Notes: generated by a model not told the origin, from the letters alone. DNA of 64,000 nt from a virus (IMGVR_UViG_3300009687_000008:1-64000), one strand, 5' to 3'. Positions 1-7,914 are shown, counted from the stretch's first letter. Numbers and translations are program-made.

Positions 1-88
1 GCACTCCTACTAATGTAGGCAGTTCGTTCCGAGTTTTAGTATCCGTCCCAGATACATAATTTCTTAACGCAAAGTTTTTAATATTCAA
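1..88 (-). mobile_element. Orphan 3' tail of an IS200/IS605 tnpB (omega-RNA-like region), running off the window edge
   Basis: Minus strand reads LNIKNFALRNYVSGTDTKTRNELPTLVGV, resembling recalled TnpB C-terminal tails (INIKNFAL...NELPTLVGV). An in-frame TAA lies at 98-100 and there is no upstream tnpB body. Hairpins at 6-19 and 39-55. Confidence 0.55.
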
Positions 89-117
89 TTTTAAATTTTA
101 ATTTTTGTTATATAATA

Positions 118-126
118 ATAAATATT
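118..126 (-). promoter_or_regulatory. Variant phage promoter motif AATATTTAT
   Basis: One mismatch to the GATATTTAT motif seen before eight minus-strand starts; lies just past the terminator of 165..1265. Confidence 0.4.
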
Positions 127-136
127 AGTAAGCATT

Positions 137-166
137 AAAAAACCCCTCTATTGAGGGGTTATTTTT
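137..166 (-). terminator. Rho-independent terminator
   Basis: Stem AACCCCTC/GAGGGGTT (141-148/153-160), 4-nt loop, U tract on minus, directly after the stop of 165..1265. Confidence 0.8.
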
Positions 167-1265
167 AATCTTCGTCTTCTTCAGACTCTTCTTTCTTTTT
201 TCCTCTTAAGAGTTTGAAATCTTCAGAGTCTAATTTATTATTTTTATTCTTGTCAAGTTTTTTCTGACCACCCTTCAATCCTTCTTCAATTTCTTCTTCC
301 TCTTCAGTTTCAACTTCTTCAACTTCTTCTTTCATAAGTTTTAACATTCTCTTGAAAGCATCTTCGCCAGATTCGGTGATGTTTTTCTTTGTTGAAATAG
401 AATCACTTGATTTGAAACCCCAAAGATGTTTCATCTTTTGAATATCTTCACTTACCAATTGGTTGTTTTTAAAATTAGTGATAACCGCTTCACCGTTCTT
501 AGAATCACCTTCCCAAATCAATCTATATGTGTTTTCACCATCTGTGATTGCGAAAGCTGTTTCATCAATTTTAACTCTTGATGGGACTTTATTAGCAAGT
601 TTTAAAACTTGTTCTTCTGATACTAATTTTCCGTTTGCTTTGAAGATGTTTTTTGAATCTACACCTTTATATTCATTTTCAGCCATTGGTTGAGGAGATT
701 TTTGTGACTTTACAGGTCTTGTGTTATTAGCTTCTTTTTTATATTTTAAATCATTTGTCTTTTTAGCATTTTTCATCATTTTTTGTGCTGTAGGATCATC
801 TGATTTAATTCTTTCTTTATATTTTTTAGTTACTGATTCTGGACCATTTTGAGATGCTAAATCAGCCGTAACTTCCATTCCACTAATACCTACATCATAT
901 CCAGTAGTTTCGATTCTTTCATCTTCATTACTACCGTTTGTTGGTACTTTAGGTGCGTCAATTTTTTCTTTATCATTAGGTGTTTGGTAATCCTTAATCT
1001 TTTTAGCAACTTCTTTGTAGTATGCTTTAGCATCAATACCGTCTTGTTTATTTGCTTTATTAACTTCCTTCATACCGTTAGTAACAGGGTTTTTAAAGCT
1101 TCCACCTTCAGATGTTTTCAATTGACCCATAGGACCAAATTGGTCTTTTTCAGCACCAGAAAGATCACTTTTCTTCTTTGTTCCAAAAGCCACTTCCATG
1201 TCTTCGAAATTTTCGAACAATCTTTCTAAGTTTTCTTTTAATATTTTCTTTAAATCTTTTGACAT
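165..1265 (-). CDS. Hypothetical charged protein, putative head-associated
   Basis: 366-aa ORF preceded by GATATTTAT; acidic C-terminus; I/L-x-E motifs (ILKE, ITES). Confidence 0.75.
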   Translation of the reverse strand: MSKDLKKILKENLERLFENFEDMEVAFGTKKKSDLSGAEKDQFGPMGQLKTSEGGSFKNPVTNGMKEVNKANKQDGIDAKAYYKEVAKKIKDYQTPNDKEKIDAPKVPTNGSNEDERIETTGYDVGISGMEVTADLASQNGPESVTKKYKERIKSDDPTAQKMMKNAKKTNDLKYKKEANNTRPVKSQKSPQPMAENEYKGVDSKNIFKANGKLVSEEQVLKLANKVPSRVKIDETAFAITDGENTYRLIWEGDSKNGEAVITNFKNNQLVSEDIQKMKHLWGFKSSDSISTKKNITESGEDAFKRMLKLMKEEVEEVETEEEEEIEEGLKGGQKKLDKNKNNKLDSEDFKLLRGKKKEESEEDED

Positions 1266-1280
1266 CTTTAATGTTTTACA

Positions 1281-1289
1281 ATAAATATC
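1281..1289 (-). promoter_or_regulatory. Phage promoter motif GATATTTAT
   Basis: Exact motif 15 nt upstream of the ATG at 1265. Confidence 0.6.
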
Positions 1290-1301
1290 TACTAGTTGAT
1301 A

Positions 1302-2912
1302 TTAAGCATTTCTTTTTAATAATTTATAGATTTCAATGAAGGGTTTACCTGTCTCTTTTGAAACCTCATGAATGTTTTTGATAGTCTCATTATCTAACCC
1401 CTCAACATAGGTACCTGGTCCACTCACTGAATCTGATATCTTTAAAGGGTTATCTATTGCACCTTGGTTACAATAAGGAAACTTAGTACACTTCTTAGCT
1501 ATTTTAACATACTTCCCTTTAGGGTTGTATTTAACCTTATTCATTTCATTTATAGGTTCAGTCTCATTAATTGGGTTTAAAATACCTTCATTAGCATCTT
1601 TCTGAACTATAACTCCACCTGTCCAAACAGGTTTCTTAGCTGTTCTCCACTCTCCTTTTTTAGCCGCAAAAGCTGGACCAACAGGAGGGCCATTAGATCC
1701 CCATACAGAACCAAATGTTGTTGTTTCATCTAATTCTTCCTCTTCAATCGGTGGGGGTGTGTAATTATCTTTTACACTATCTAAATTTTTATCGTTAACG
1801 ATTTGATGTTCGTTCAATCTATTGTTAACAATTCTAAATAAATCTTCTTTCTTTAATGTTTTTTTAATACCAGGGACTTTAACACCTGTTTTTTTACTTT
1901 TAGTTTCACCTTTGTTAGGCCCATGAAATGGTCCCCAAAATTTCTCTCCACTAGTAATATCTTTATTTTTAGATAGTGGATCTACTATTTGACCACCATC
2001 CCAAAATGATACATCATCTAAATACCAGCCATCATGGTCTAAATCGGCAAACTCAATACCTGAAACACCTTCTGTTTTATCGGTATTAAATGTTGTAGTG
2101 TGTTCTTCGATAGGACCTGGTTTAGCAACACCTTTATTTTTAGTTAAAGGACCACTTCCCCATGCATTACCTGTGTAAGCACCAACAGAAGCGCCACCTG
2201 CTGCGGCTGTAGTTTCTGTTTTAATTTTCCTTTTTTTCTCATCTTTTTTGAGACCTTTTTCAGATGCTAAAACACCATATCTCTTGTTTGAGTAGTAATC
2301 AGAAAATTCTGATATATGGTCCATAGCAATTTCTTTAGCTTTATCTATGTTGTCACCAACATGTTCTTTCTCAATCTTAACACCAATTTTAATTTCTTTT
2401 TTAATGTCTTCAATTGATACTTTATGTTTTTTAGCTAAATCTTTAATTGATAATTTATCAGCTTTACCACCTTTTATTTCATTAGATTCTACCTTAATGT
2501 CTTTGATTTTAACTGATTTAAAATTTTTAGTTACTTGGTCTGTCTTAACACCACTAGATTTCATCGAACTCGATGTTGATGAAGAAATCTTTGTAGTTTT
2601 AGGCATTGATTTACTAATATTAGAAGGTGTTTGTTTAATAGCTGTTTTAACGGCTGAAGAATTTTCACCTTCGAACATTTTGTTAGTCTCATCGTAAAGA
2701 TCAGTTTTAACGTCAGGCATTAATTGGTAGCGGTCGATTCCAGGTATTACACCTAAAGTTCTACCATCATCCCACTTAACGTGAATAATACCCATCCCAT
2801 CAACAAGACGAATGGTACCTTCTGTACCTGGGGTAATAGGATTAGGATCGTCTGTCATCGAGACCATCCTAATTCTCATTCCCTCTTTAGCGTTTGGATC
2901 TTTTTGATTCAT
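1302..2912 (-). CDS. Mosaic protein with N-terminal DUF4314-like and internal DUF5661-like domains
   Basis: RIRMVSMTDDPNPITPGTEGTIRLVDGMGIIHVKWDDGRTLGVIPGIDRY (DUF4314-like); GVKIEKEH...AKEIAMDHISEFSDYY (DUF5661-like). Confidence 0.65.
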   Translation of the reverse strand: MNQKDPNAKEGMRIRMVSMTDDPNPITPGTEGTIRLVDGMGIIHVKWDDGRTLGVIPGIDRYQLMPDVKTDLYDETNKMFEGENSSAVKTAIKQTPSNISKSMPKTTKISSSTSSSMKSSGVKTDQVTKNFKSVKIKDIKVESNEIKGGKADKLSIKDLAKKHKVSIEDIKKEIKIGVKIEKEHVGDNIDKAKEIAMDHISEFSDYYSNKRYGVLASEKGLKKDEKKRKIKTETTAAAGGASVGAYTGNAWGSGPLTKNKGVAKPGPIEEHTTTFNTDKTEGVSGIEFADLDHDGWYLDDVSFWDGGQIVDPLSKNKDITSGEKFWGPFHGPNKGETKSKKTGVKVPGIKKTLKKEDLFRIVNNRLNEHQIVNDKNLDSVKDNYTPPPIEEEELDETTTFGSVWGSNGPPVGPAFAAKKGEWRTAKKPVWTGGVIVQKDANEGILNPINETEPINEMNKVKYNPKGKYVKIAKKCTKFPYCNQGAIDNPLKISDSVSGPGTYVEGLDNETIKNIHEVSKETGKPFIEIYKLLKRNA

Positions 2913-3199
2913 TAGATACTTTCTAAATTGTTACTCCAGAAATTTTTTCTCATCCAAAGTACTTTATAAAGTTTAAGTATAACTTCTTTAGTAATTGATG
3001 CAACCTCTCTTTGTGTGGGTTTATCTTTCTTAAGGTGTTTAAGCACAAGTTCTTGAACCTTCTTTTCAAGTTGGTCACTGTTAAGGTGTCTCTTGATTAA
3101 AGTATCAAATTCGTCACGTGCTATTTTTTTAATTTTAGCCTCGTCAGATTTGTTTAACTCTTCCTTAAGAATATGTTTTATATTAACCCTATTACTCAT
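2912..3199 (-). CDS. Hypothetical protein
   Basis: 95-aa ORF translationally coupled to its neighbour. Confidence 0.7.
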   Translation of the reverse strand: MSNRVNIKHILKEELNKSDEAKIKKIARDEFDTLIKRHLNSDQLEKKVQELVLKHLKKDKPTQREVASITKEVILKLYKVLWMRKNFWSNNLESI

Positions 3200-3203
3200 T
3201 AGA

Positions 3204-3383
3204 TTATTTCAATTTTCTAAATCTGTCTTGATTGTTTCTGTTTCTGTTTTCAGTAATTCTTCTGTTAGAATTAACTTTTTTAGACTCATCAATTCTTTTT
3301 TGTTCAGCTTTAACCTTGTTAACGATGTTTTCTAAAAGGGTGATGAATTCTTCTTCTGTGTACCTTAATACTCTTTTGGCCAT
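3204..3383 (-). CDS. Small hypothetical protein (59 aa), absent from the ORF track
   Basis: Manual translation MAKRVLRYTEEEFITLLENIVNKVKAEQKRIDESKKVNSNRRITENRNRNNQDRFRKLK fills the gap between flanking minus-strand genes. Confidence 0.75.
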   Translation of the reverse strand: MAKRVLRYTEEEFITLLENIVNKVKAEQKRIDESKKVNSNRRITENRNRNNQDRFRKLK

Positions 3384-3416
3384 TTTGAGTTGTTTTTGTT
3401 TGTTTGTTATTTGTGA

Positions 3417-3734
3417 TTATAATCTATATTTAGAAAGGTAGTACCTCTTTCTAGCTTTTCTACTTAAAATCTTAGACATCATATCCTCTGATTGGGGTAT
3501 TTCTACTTGAGATTTTAATTCTTTATTTAATGTTTGGAGGTAATCTAATAATTCAGCTGTTAACTGTCTTATATATCCAACTCTCCCTAAATTATCTCCT
3601 AATTCTAAGTCTATATCATCAATTCTTGAGGATAAGTCTTCAACATCAATCTCTACATCATCTTCCATTTCTTCCATTAATCGGTTTAATCCATTTTTAA
3701 ATGTAAATTCTGTTACGATTAAGTTATCACTCAT
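3417..3734 (-). CDS. Hypothetical protein
   Basis: 105-aa ORF preceded by GATATTTAT. Confidence 0.7.
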   Translation of the reverse strand: MSDNLIVTEFTFKNGLNRLMEEMEDDVEIDVEDLSSRIDDIDLELGDNLGRVGYIRQLTAELLDYLQTLNKELKSQVEIPQSEDMMSKILSRKARKRYYLSKYRL

Positions 3735-3752
3735 AATTAATGCAGTTTTTTA

Positions 3753-3761
3753 ATAAATATC
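3753..3761 (-). promoter_or_regulatory. Phage promoter motif GATATTTAT
   Basis: Exact motif 18 nt upstream of the ATG at 3734. Confidence 0.6.
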
Positions 3762-3773
3762 ATTAAAGCATAG

Positions 3774-3800
3774 AAAAACCACCCCAGTGGAGTGGTTTCC
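3774..3800 (-). terminator. Rho-independent terminator
   Basis: Minus strand AAACCACUCC-ACU-GGGGUGGUUU plus U run, downstream of the glutaredoxin stop. Confidence 0.7.
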
Positions 3801-3816
3801 TTTTATTTTCTATGTA

Positions 3817-4131
3817 TTATTTAATTACGATTTTACGACCAATCATTTCACTAATCACCATACCAACTAAATCATTAATTTCATCGAATTCACTAATTAG
3901 TTTATCTTCTACCTTAACTTGTGGTACATAATCTTTACCACCATTTTCTTTTAGCCATTCCCACATCTCATCGTTACCTTCCATCTCCACATTCTCATAT
4001 ACAATACCAACATGGTCTAATTTAGTTTTTAATTCTTTACAGGCTGGACAATGTTCCATTGTGTAAAGTGTAATATCTTTATGGTTGTTATTACCGATAT
4101 CTTCTAATAATTTTTGTACTTGTTGATTCAT
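3817..4131 (-). CDS. Glutaredoxin / NrdH-like redoxin
   Basis: TLYTMEHCPACKELK CxxC motif and YVPQV cis-Pro motif. Confidence 0.85.
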   Translation of the reverse strand: MNQQVQKLLEDIGNNNHKDITLYTMEHCPACKELKTKLDHVGIVYENVEMEGNDEMWEWLKENGGKDYVPQVKVEDKLISEFDEINDLVGMVISEMIGRKIVIK

Positions 4132-4133
4132 AT

Positions 4134-4928
4134 TTATTTTCTCTTTTTGAATGATTGAAACTTATAGTAGTAATTAACCCCTACTTCTTTGTTAGTATTC
4201 GTATTAACAATTATATTATGTTTGTCAAATAAGTTAAGTCCAAAACCAACACTAATTGCATCAGGTCCAGTTGCTGTCAATGATTTGTTATAACCACCAC
4301 CAACTAAAAACTGCATCTTTCTTGGTGTTGTAGGTGGATATTGTTCAGCAGGTAAACTATTAATTGACATAGAATCTACTACTAACCAATCTGGTCCAAT
4401 TAACCTAGATTTCCATAAACCTCTTTTTTCTTCTGTTAAAACAATTTGTAGTGGTAATTTACCGAAAGTCCACTCACCTTTATAGTAAGCAGTTCTTCTA
4501 TCTACATTACCGTTCCAATTAATAAACGGATTACCGTCATTAGGGTATTTTAATGCTAAATCAATTTTATTAGTATCATTCGGATTGATTCTACCCATAC
4601 CTTCACTAACTTGTCCTTGTAAAGTGATTACAGCGTTAGTTAAACTAAGAAGTCTTTCATTTTGTTTTTTTATAACCTTATAAAGTTCTTCATTAGTTTC
4701 TTTAAGTTCTTTTTTTAAATCTTTCTCTGTGTTATAGTAATCAACCAATTTGGCATATCTACCGTCAGCCTCTTTTTTTAAGGAATCACCTTCTATAATA
4801 GACTTTTTAAGTTCATCGGCAGCTTCTTCAAATTTATTGTTGTTACGACCGATTCTCCAAGCAAGAAATAGGACGACTATAATAAGTCCCCCAATCATTG
4901 CTAAATAAAATTTATCTCTTTTTTCCAT
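4134..4928 (-). CDS. N-terminally membrane-anchored protein with coiled coil and beta-rich C-terminus
   Basis: TM helix FYLAMIGGLIIVVLFLAW followed by a heptad-like segment. Confidence 0.65.
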   Translation of the reverse strand: MEKRDKFYLAMIGGLIIVVLFLAWRIGRNNNKFEEAADELKKSIIEGDSLKKEADGRYAKLVDYYNTEKDLKKELKETNEELYKVIKKQNERLLSLTNAVITLQGQVSEGMGRINPNDTNKIDLALKYPNDGNPFINWNGNVDRRTAYYKGEWTFGKLPLQIVLTEEKRGLWKSRLIGPDWLVVDSMSINSLPAEQYPPTTPRKMQFLVGGGYNKSLTATGPDAISVGFGLNLFDKHNIIVNTNTNKEVGVNYYYKFQSFKKRK

Positions 4929-4935
4929 TTTCTAA

Positions 4936-5535
4936 TTAAAATTTAAAAGGTTCTGTACCTGCTCCCTCAGAGGAACCTTGAGATCCTTCAGGACCTTGTG
5001 GTGCCGCAGTACCAAGACCTTCACCACCTGAAGCTGGTGTTCCAGTCAATCTAGAACTCCATTCGTCTGACCATACATCATAATAACCTCTAAGTTTTTT
5101 AAATATTTCAATAACCTCAGCTGTTAATTGTAACATATCTTCAGAATCGATAGAAATATAACAACCATTGTTTTCATTCAATGAATAAACCCATTTAACC
5201 CTCTCACGAACAAGTTCTCCAGACCATTCAACATTTTGACGATAAACTTTTATTTTATCGAATTTCACTAATTTGGACACTGTATCTTTGAATTTATTCT
5301 CCTCTTCTCTTTGTTCATCGGGTGTTACTTCTTGAGATTCTTGTTCAGTCTCCTCTACTTCCATTTCCACCTCTTCCTCTTCGAAAAGACGTAACTTCAC
5401 CTTAGGACTTTTTTGTTCCTGTAATAATTTTTTAATGTCATCAAACTGTAAAGAACCAATTTGTTGGTTATTTTCTTGTAATTTTCTAATCTTACCTAGA
5501 AGGTCTCTAACATCATCTTTTTGTTGTTTTTTCAT
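4936..5535 (-). CDS. Hypothetical protein
   Basis: 199-aa ORF in operon context. Confidence 0.7.
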   Translation of the reverse strand: MKKQQKDDVRDLLGKIRKLQENNQQIGSLQFDDIKKLLQEQKSPKVKLRLFEEEEVEMEVEETEQESQEVTPDEQREEENKFKDTVSKLVKFDKIKVYRQNVEWSGELVRERVKWVYSLNENNGCYISIDSEDMLQLTAEVIEIFKKLRGYYDVWSDEWSSRLTGTPASGGEGLGTAAPQGPEGSQGSSEGAGTEPFKF

Positions 5536-5536
5536 T

Positions 5537-6133
5537 TTATAGGTTTTTTAATACTTCCATGTTAAATGCTGGACTCACGTCCGTTGATTCTTGGTGATAA
5601 TTACTTCTAAATGTCACTCCTTTATAAAGATCCACACTTTCGTCATACACATTATGTCCAATAAAATTTTTAGATATTTTATAATCATCACAAAGTTTAT
5701 TCACCAAATTCTTTAATGATTCCATTTGTGGTTCTGTGTACTTATCCCAATATGTGTAATTACGCCAACGTTTCATAACAACCTCATTAGGTTGTTTCTT
5801 ATAATTATGCCCCAACCAATCAACATATCTATCTATCATACTATCTTTTCGATACCATCCGACATTTTCTAAAGTAATAGATATTGAAGCTTTGTCTTGT
5901 TGGTGTCCTACGAAATCTGAAAAATATTTTGGATCATAGTGTTGAAATACCTTACCCTCTTTATCTATCGTAAAAGTGGAAGTTTTTTTATTCTTCCCAT
6001 TTAAACGATAAATCCAACTACCATAATGTAACATACCTGTACGGTATGAATGACCTATGATAATTTGTGTTTTATCATAAATCTCACTATAATAGTTAGT
6101 GTCAGGTAATTTATATGTTTCAGTGTCAATCAT
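5537..6133 (-). CDS. Amidase_2-fold (N-acetylmuramoyl-L-alanine amidase-like) protein with a degenerate active site
   Basis: Scaffold motifs FTIDKEGKVFQ, SISITLEN, YTEPQMESLKNLVNKLCDDYKI and TDVSP are present; expected Zn ligands appear substituted. Confidence 0.7.
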   Translation of the reverse strand: MIDTETYKLPDTNYYSEIYDKTQIIIGHSYRTGMLHYGSWIYRLNGKNKKTSTFTIDKEGKVFQHYDPKYFSDFVGHQQDKASISITLENVGWYRKDSMIDRYVDWLGHNYKKQPNEVVMKRWRNYTYWDKYTEPQMESLKNLVNKLCDDYKISKNFIGHNVYDESVDLYKGVTFRSNYHQESTDVSPAFNMEVLKNL

Positions 6134-6140
6134 ATCCTTC

Positions 6141-6941
6141 TTATCCCCATCTGTCTCGCCCTTCTACTTTTTTTTTAAAATTTTCTCTTAAAGTTTCCTC
6201 AATATTCATGGATTGAGCTTCAGTTTTTGGTTGATTTTCCGTTGGAAAAATAGATTCAATGGTTACATTGTTAGATTCATCCTTAATTTCCTCAATGATT
6301 GGTTCTTCAATTTTTACTTCTTCTGATTTAACATCCTCAACAGGTCGTTCAATAACATATACATCCTCACTTGGAGTTGGTGGATCTAAATTCGTAATCG
6401 TAGCAGGGCCTTCAGGGATTACTGTTGGTTCTGTGGGTACTATAGGGTTAGTTGGTGTGACAGTTTTTGGTTCGTCGTCCATACCACCGTATTTAATGAA
6501 GAAATGTAATGAAGCTAAAGATATTAAAGGCAATAATCCACCAGATAATAAAGCTAACCAACGTCTTTGGGCTATCATATCACTAGTATCAGAACCTAAA
6601 GCATCAAAAACGGGTTGTGTTAATTCAACCCAATCTTTAAATTCCTGACTATTAACGTTTATGTCTTTATAGGAGAAAAATATATTACCAATAAATTGAA
6701 TTAAGGTAACTATGGCAAATACAAACCACACACCACCTTTAATTCTAACTGATGCGGCAGCAATTGAACTCATTGCAGCAATCTCAATAGCTATCGATAG
6801 ATATATCGCCCAACTAACGGGATTTGATAAGTCATACCAACTCACAACGTGAGAAATTGATATTATCATTACCAAAATAATAGGAACAAGGAACATTCCA
6901 CGAATGATTTCCTTCTTGTTGTTTTTAATCCAATTTAACAT
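6141..6941 (-). CDS. Multi-pass membrane protein with Pro/Thr/Glu-rich C-terminal tail
   Basis: Four hydrophobic segments in the first ~150 aa. Confidence 0.7.
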   Translation of the reverse strand: MLNWIKNNKKEIIRGMFLVPIILVMIISISHVVSWYDLSNPVSWAIYLSIAIEIAAMSSIAAASVRIKGGVWFVFAIVTLIQFIGNIFFSYKDINVNSQEFKDWVELTQPVFDALGSDTSDMIAQRRWLALLSGGLLPLISLASLHFFIKYGGMDDEPKTVTPTNPIVPTEPTVIPEGPATITNLDPPTPSEDVYVIERPVEDVKSEEVKIEEPIIEEIKDESNNVTIESIFPTENQPKTEAQSMNIEETLRENFKKKVEGRDRWG

Positions 6942-7255
6942 TATTTTCCTTCTAATGCTTGAATTTCCTTATCAATTTCAGATTGACGATTCACGTCTAG
7001 AATCTTTCTGTCTGTTGATTGGATCATTCTTTTTTCAGCTTTCAAACCTTCAATAGTTAACATTTTTTTCAACTCTTCTTTTGTAATGATACGTGACCTT
7101 ACTGTTGAGTCTTCAGCTGTTATTTGAGTAGAAAGTTCTTCTTTAACTTTCTCTATCTTACCATTTGTCGTACATGTCTTAAAGAACATAATCAAAACTA
7201 ATGGTAACATGATTCTTGTGGACCAAGTGTCTAAAAAATTTACAATGTTTTTCAT
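6941..7255 (-). CDS. Small membrane protein, possibly a lipoprotein; start reassigned to ATG 7255
   Basis: MKNIVNF... hydrophobic stretch ending FFKTC; GATATTTAT at 7272-7280 lies inside the track's longer ORF, which favours the downstream start. Confidence 0.6.
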   Translation of the reverse strand: MKNIVNFLDTWSTRIMLPLVLIMFFKTCTTNGKIEKVKEELSTQITAEDSTVRSRIITKEELKKMLTIEGLKAEKRMIQSTDRKILDVNRQSEIDKEIQALEGK

Positions 7256-7271
7256 CTTTTTGAATTTATTT

Positions 7272-7280
7272 ATAAATATC
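7272..7280 (-). promoter_or_regulatory. Phage promoter motif GATATTTAT
   Basis: Exact motif 16 nt upstream of ATG 7255. Confidence 0.6.
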
Positions 7281-7335
7281 ACATTATTAGTTATCGTAAT
7301 AATAAGAATATTTGTAGGAATTTAAATATTTATTA

Positions 7336-7740
7336 ATGATGGAAATTAAAAGAATTATACTCGAACAATTAGTTAATGAAGCTAGAATAGCTCAAATTTC
7401 TACTGATATTAAATTTTTTCTAAATATAAATGACACTGCACACTCCCAAGAACAAAAGACTAGACACCAATCAAAGGGGGTTATAATAACAGATGCACAA
7501 ATTATATCTATTTTAGAAAAGGCTAAACCTAGAATAGCTGCATACATAATTGGTGGTAGAATTTTCGAAAAAATACCTTTTATTGTTACAGAAGTTTCTG
7601 GTGATAAAATAAGTTTGGCTATTGTAGGTAAAGCTTCAACACCTTACAGATGGGATTTAACTGTTAAAACAGTTTGGAGTGAACGAGCTGAAGGTAAACC
7701 TTTTAAAGTTGGCCGAGAACAATTAGTAATTAATGTATAA
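7336..7740 (+). CDS. Hypothetical protein, possible BECR/RelE-like RNase fold
   Basis: Isolated plus-strand gene with AATATTTAT (7325-7333) and its own terminator; pattern HSQEQKTRH...IISILEKA...TVKTV. Confidence 0.6.
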   Translation: MMEIKRIILEQLVNEARIAQISTDIKFFLNINDTAHSQEQKTRHQSKGVIITDAQIISILEKAKPRIAAYIIGGRIFEKIPFIVTEVSGDKISLAIVGKASTPYRWDLTVKTVWSERAEGKPFKVGREQLVINV

Positions 7741-7745
7741 ATGAC

Positions 7746-7770
7746 AAACCCCTCACTCGAGGGGTTTTTT
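7746..7770. terminator. Rho-independent terminator, possibly bidirectional
   Basis: AAACCCCTC-ACTC-GAGGGGTTT followed by a T run. Confidence 0.8.
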
Positions 7771-7784
7771 CATAATATCTTATA

Positions 7785-7877
7785 GAAATCATTGAGGTTT
7801 GTCAGACCTTGAACATTCGTTTGTTCATCCCGCCGAGTTGTATGGGTAATCTCGGTTCAACCCATTTCCTTATTTGA
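7785..7877 (-). ncRNA. Candidate structured small RNA (H-type pseudoknot plus two hairpins); strand tentative
   Basis: GC-richer non-coding island with stems 7833-7837/7851-7855, 7842-7847/7860-7865 (pseudoknotted), 7810-7815/7822-7827 and 7795-7798/7806-7809; upstream minus-strand promoter. Confidence 0.5.
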
Positions 7878-7882
7878 TAGTA

Positions 7883-7914
7883 CAAATATATAGATAAATA
7901 TTTATTCCACCAAA
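7883..7914 (-). promoter_or_regulatory. Bacteroidota-type promoter TTTG-N20-TATATTTG
   Basis: Matches the -33 TTTG / -7 TAnnTTTG consensus; points at the structured non-coding region. Confidence 0.6.

Noticed and set aside
6941-7282. Track start codons at 7282, 22446 and 25567
   Set aside because: Upstream extensions run through AT-rich promoter motifs; downstream ATGs at 7255, 22401 and 25609 fit the motif spacing better
7785-7877. tRNA, HDV-like/theta, hammerhead or pistol ribozyme, or a known riboswitch
   Set aside because: No cloverleaf or T-loop; only 3 nt where HDV P3/L3 would be needed; no CUGANGA/GAAA core; no aptamer consensus I recognise. Kept as an unclassified RNA candidate
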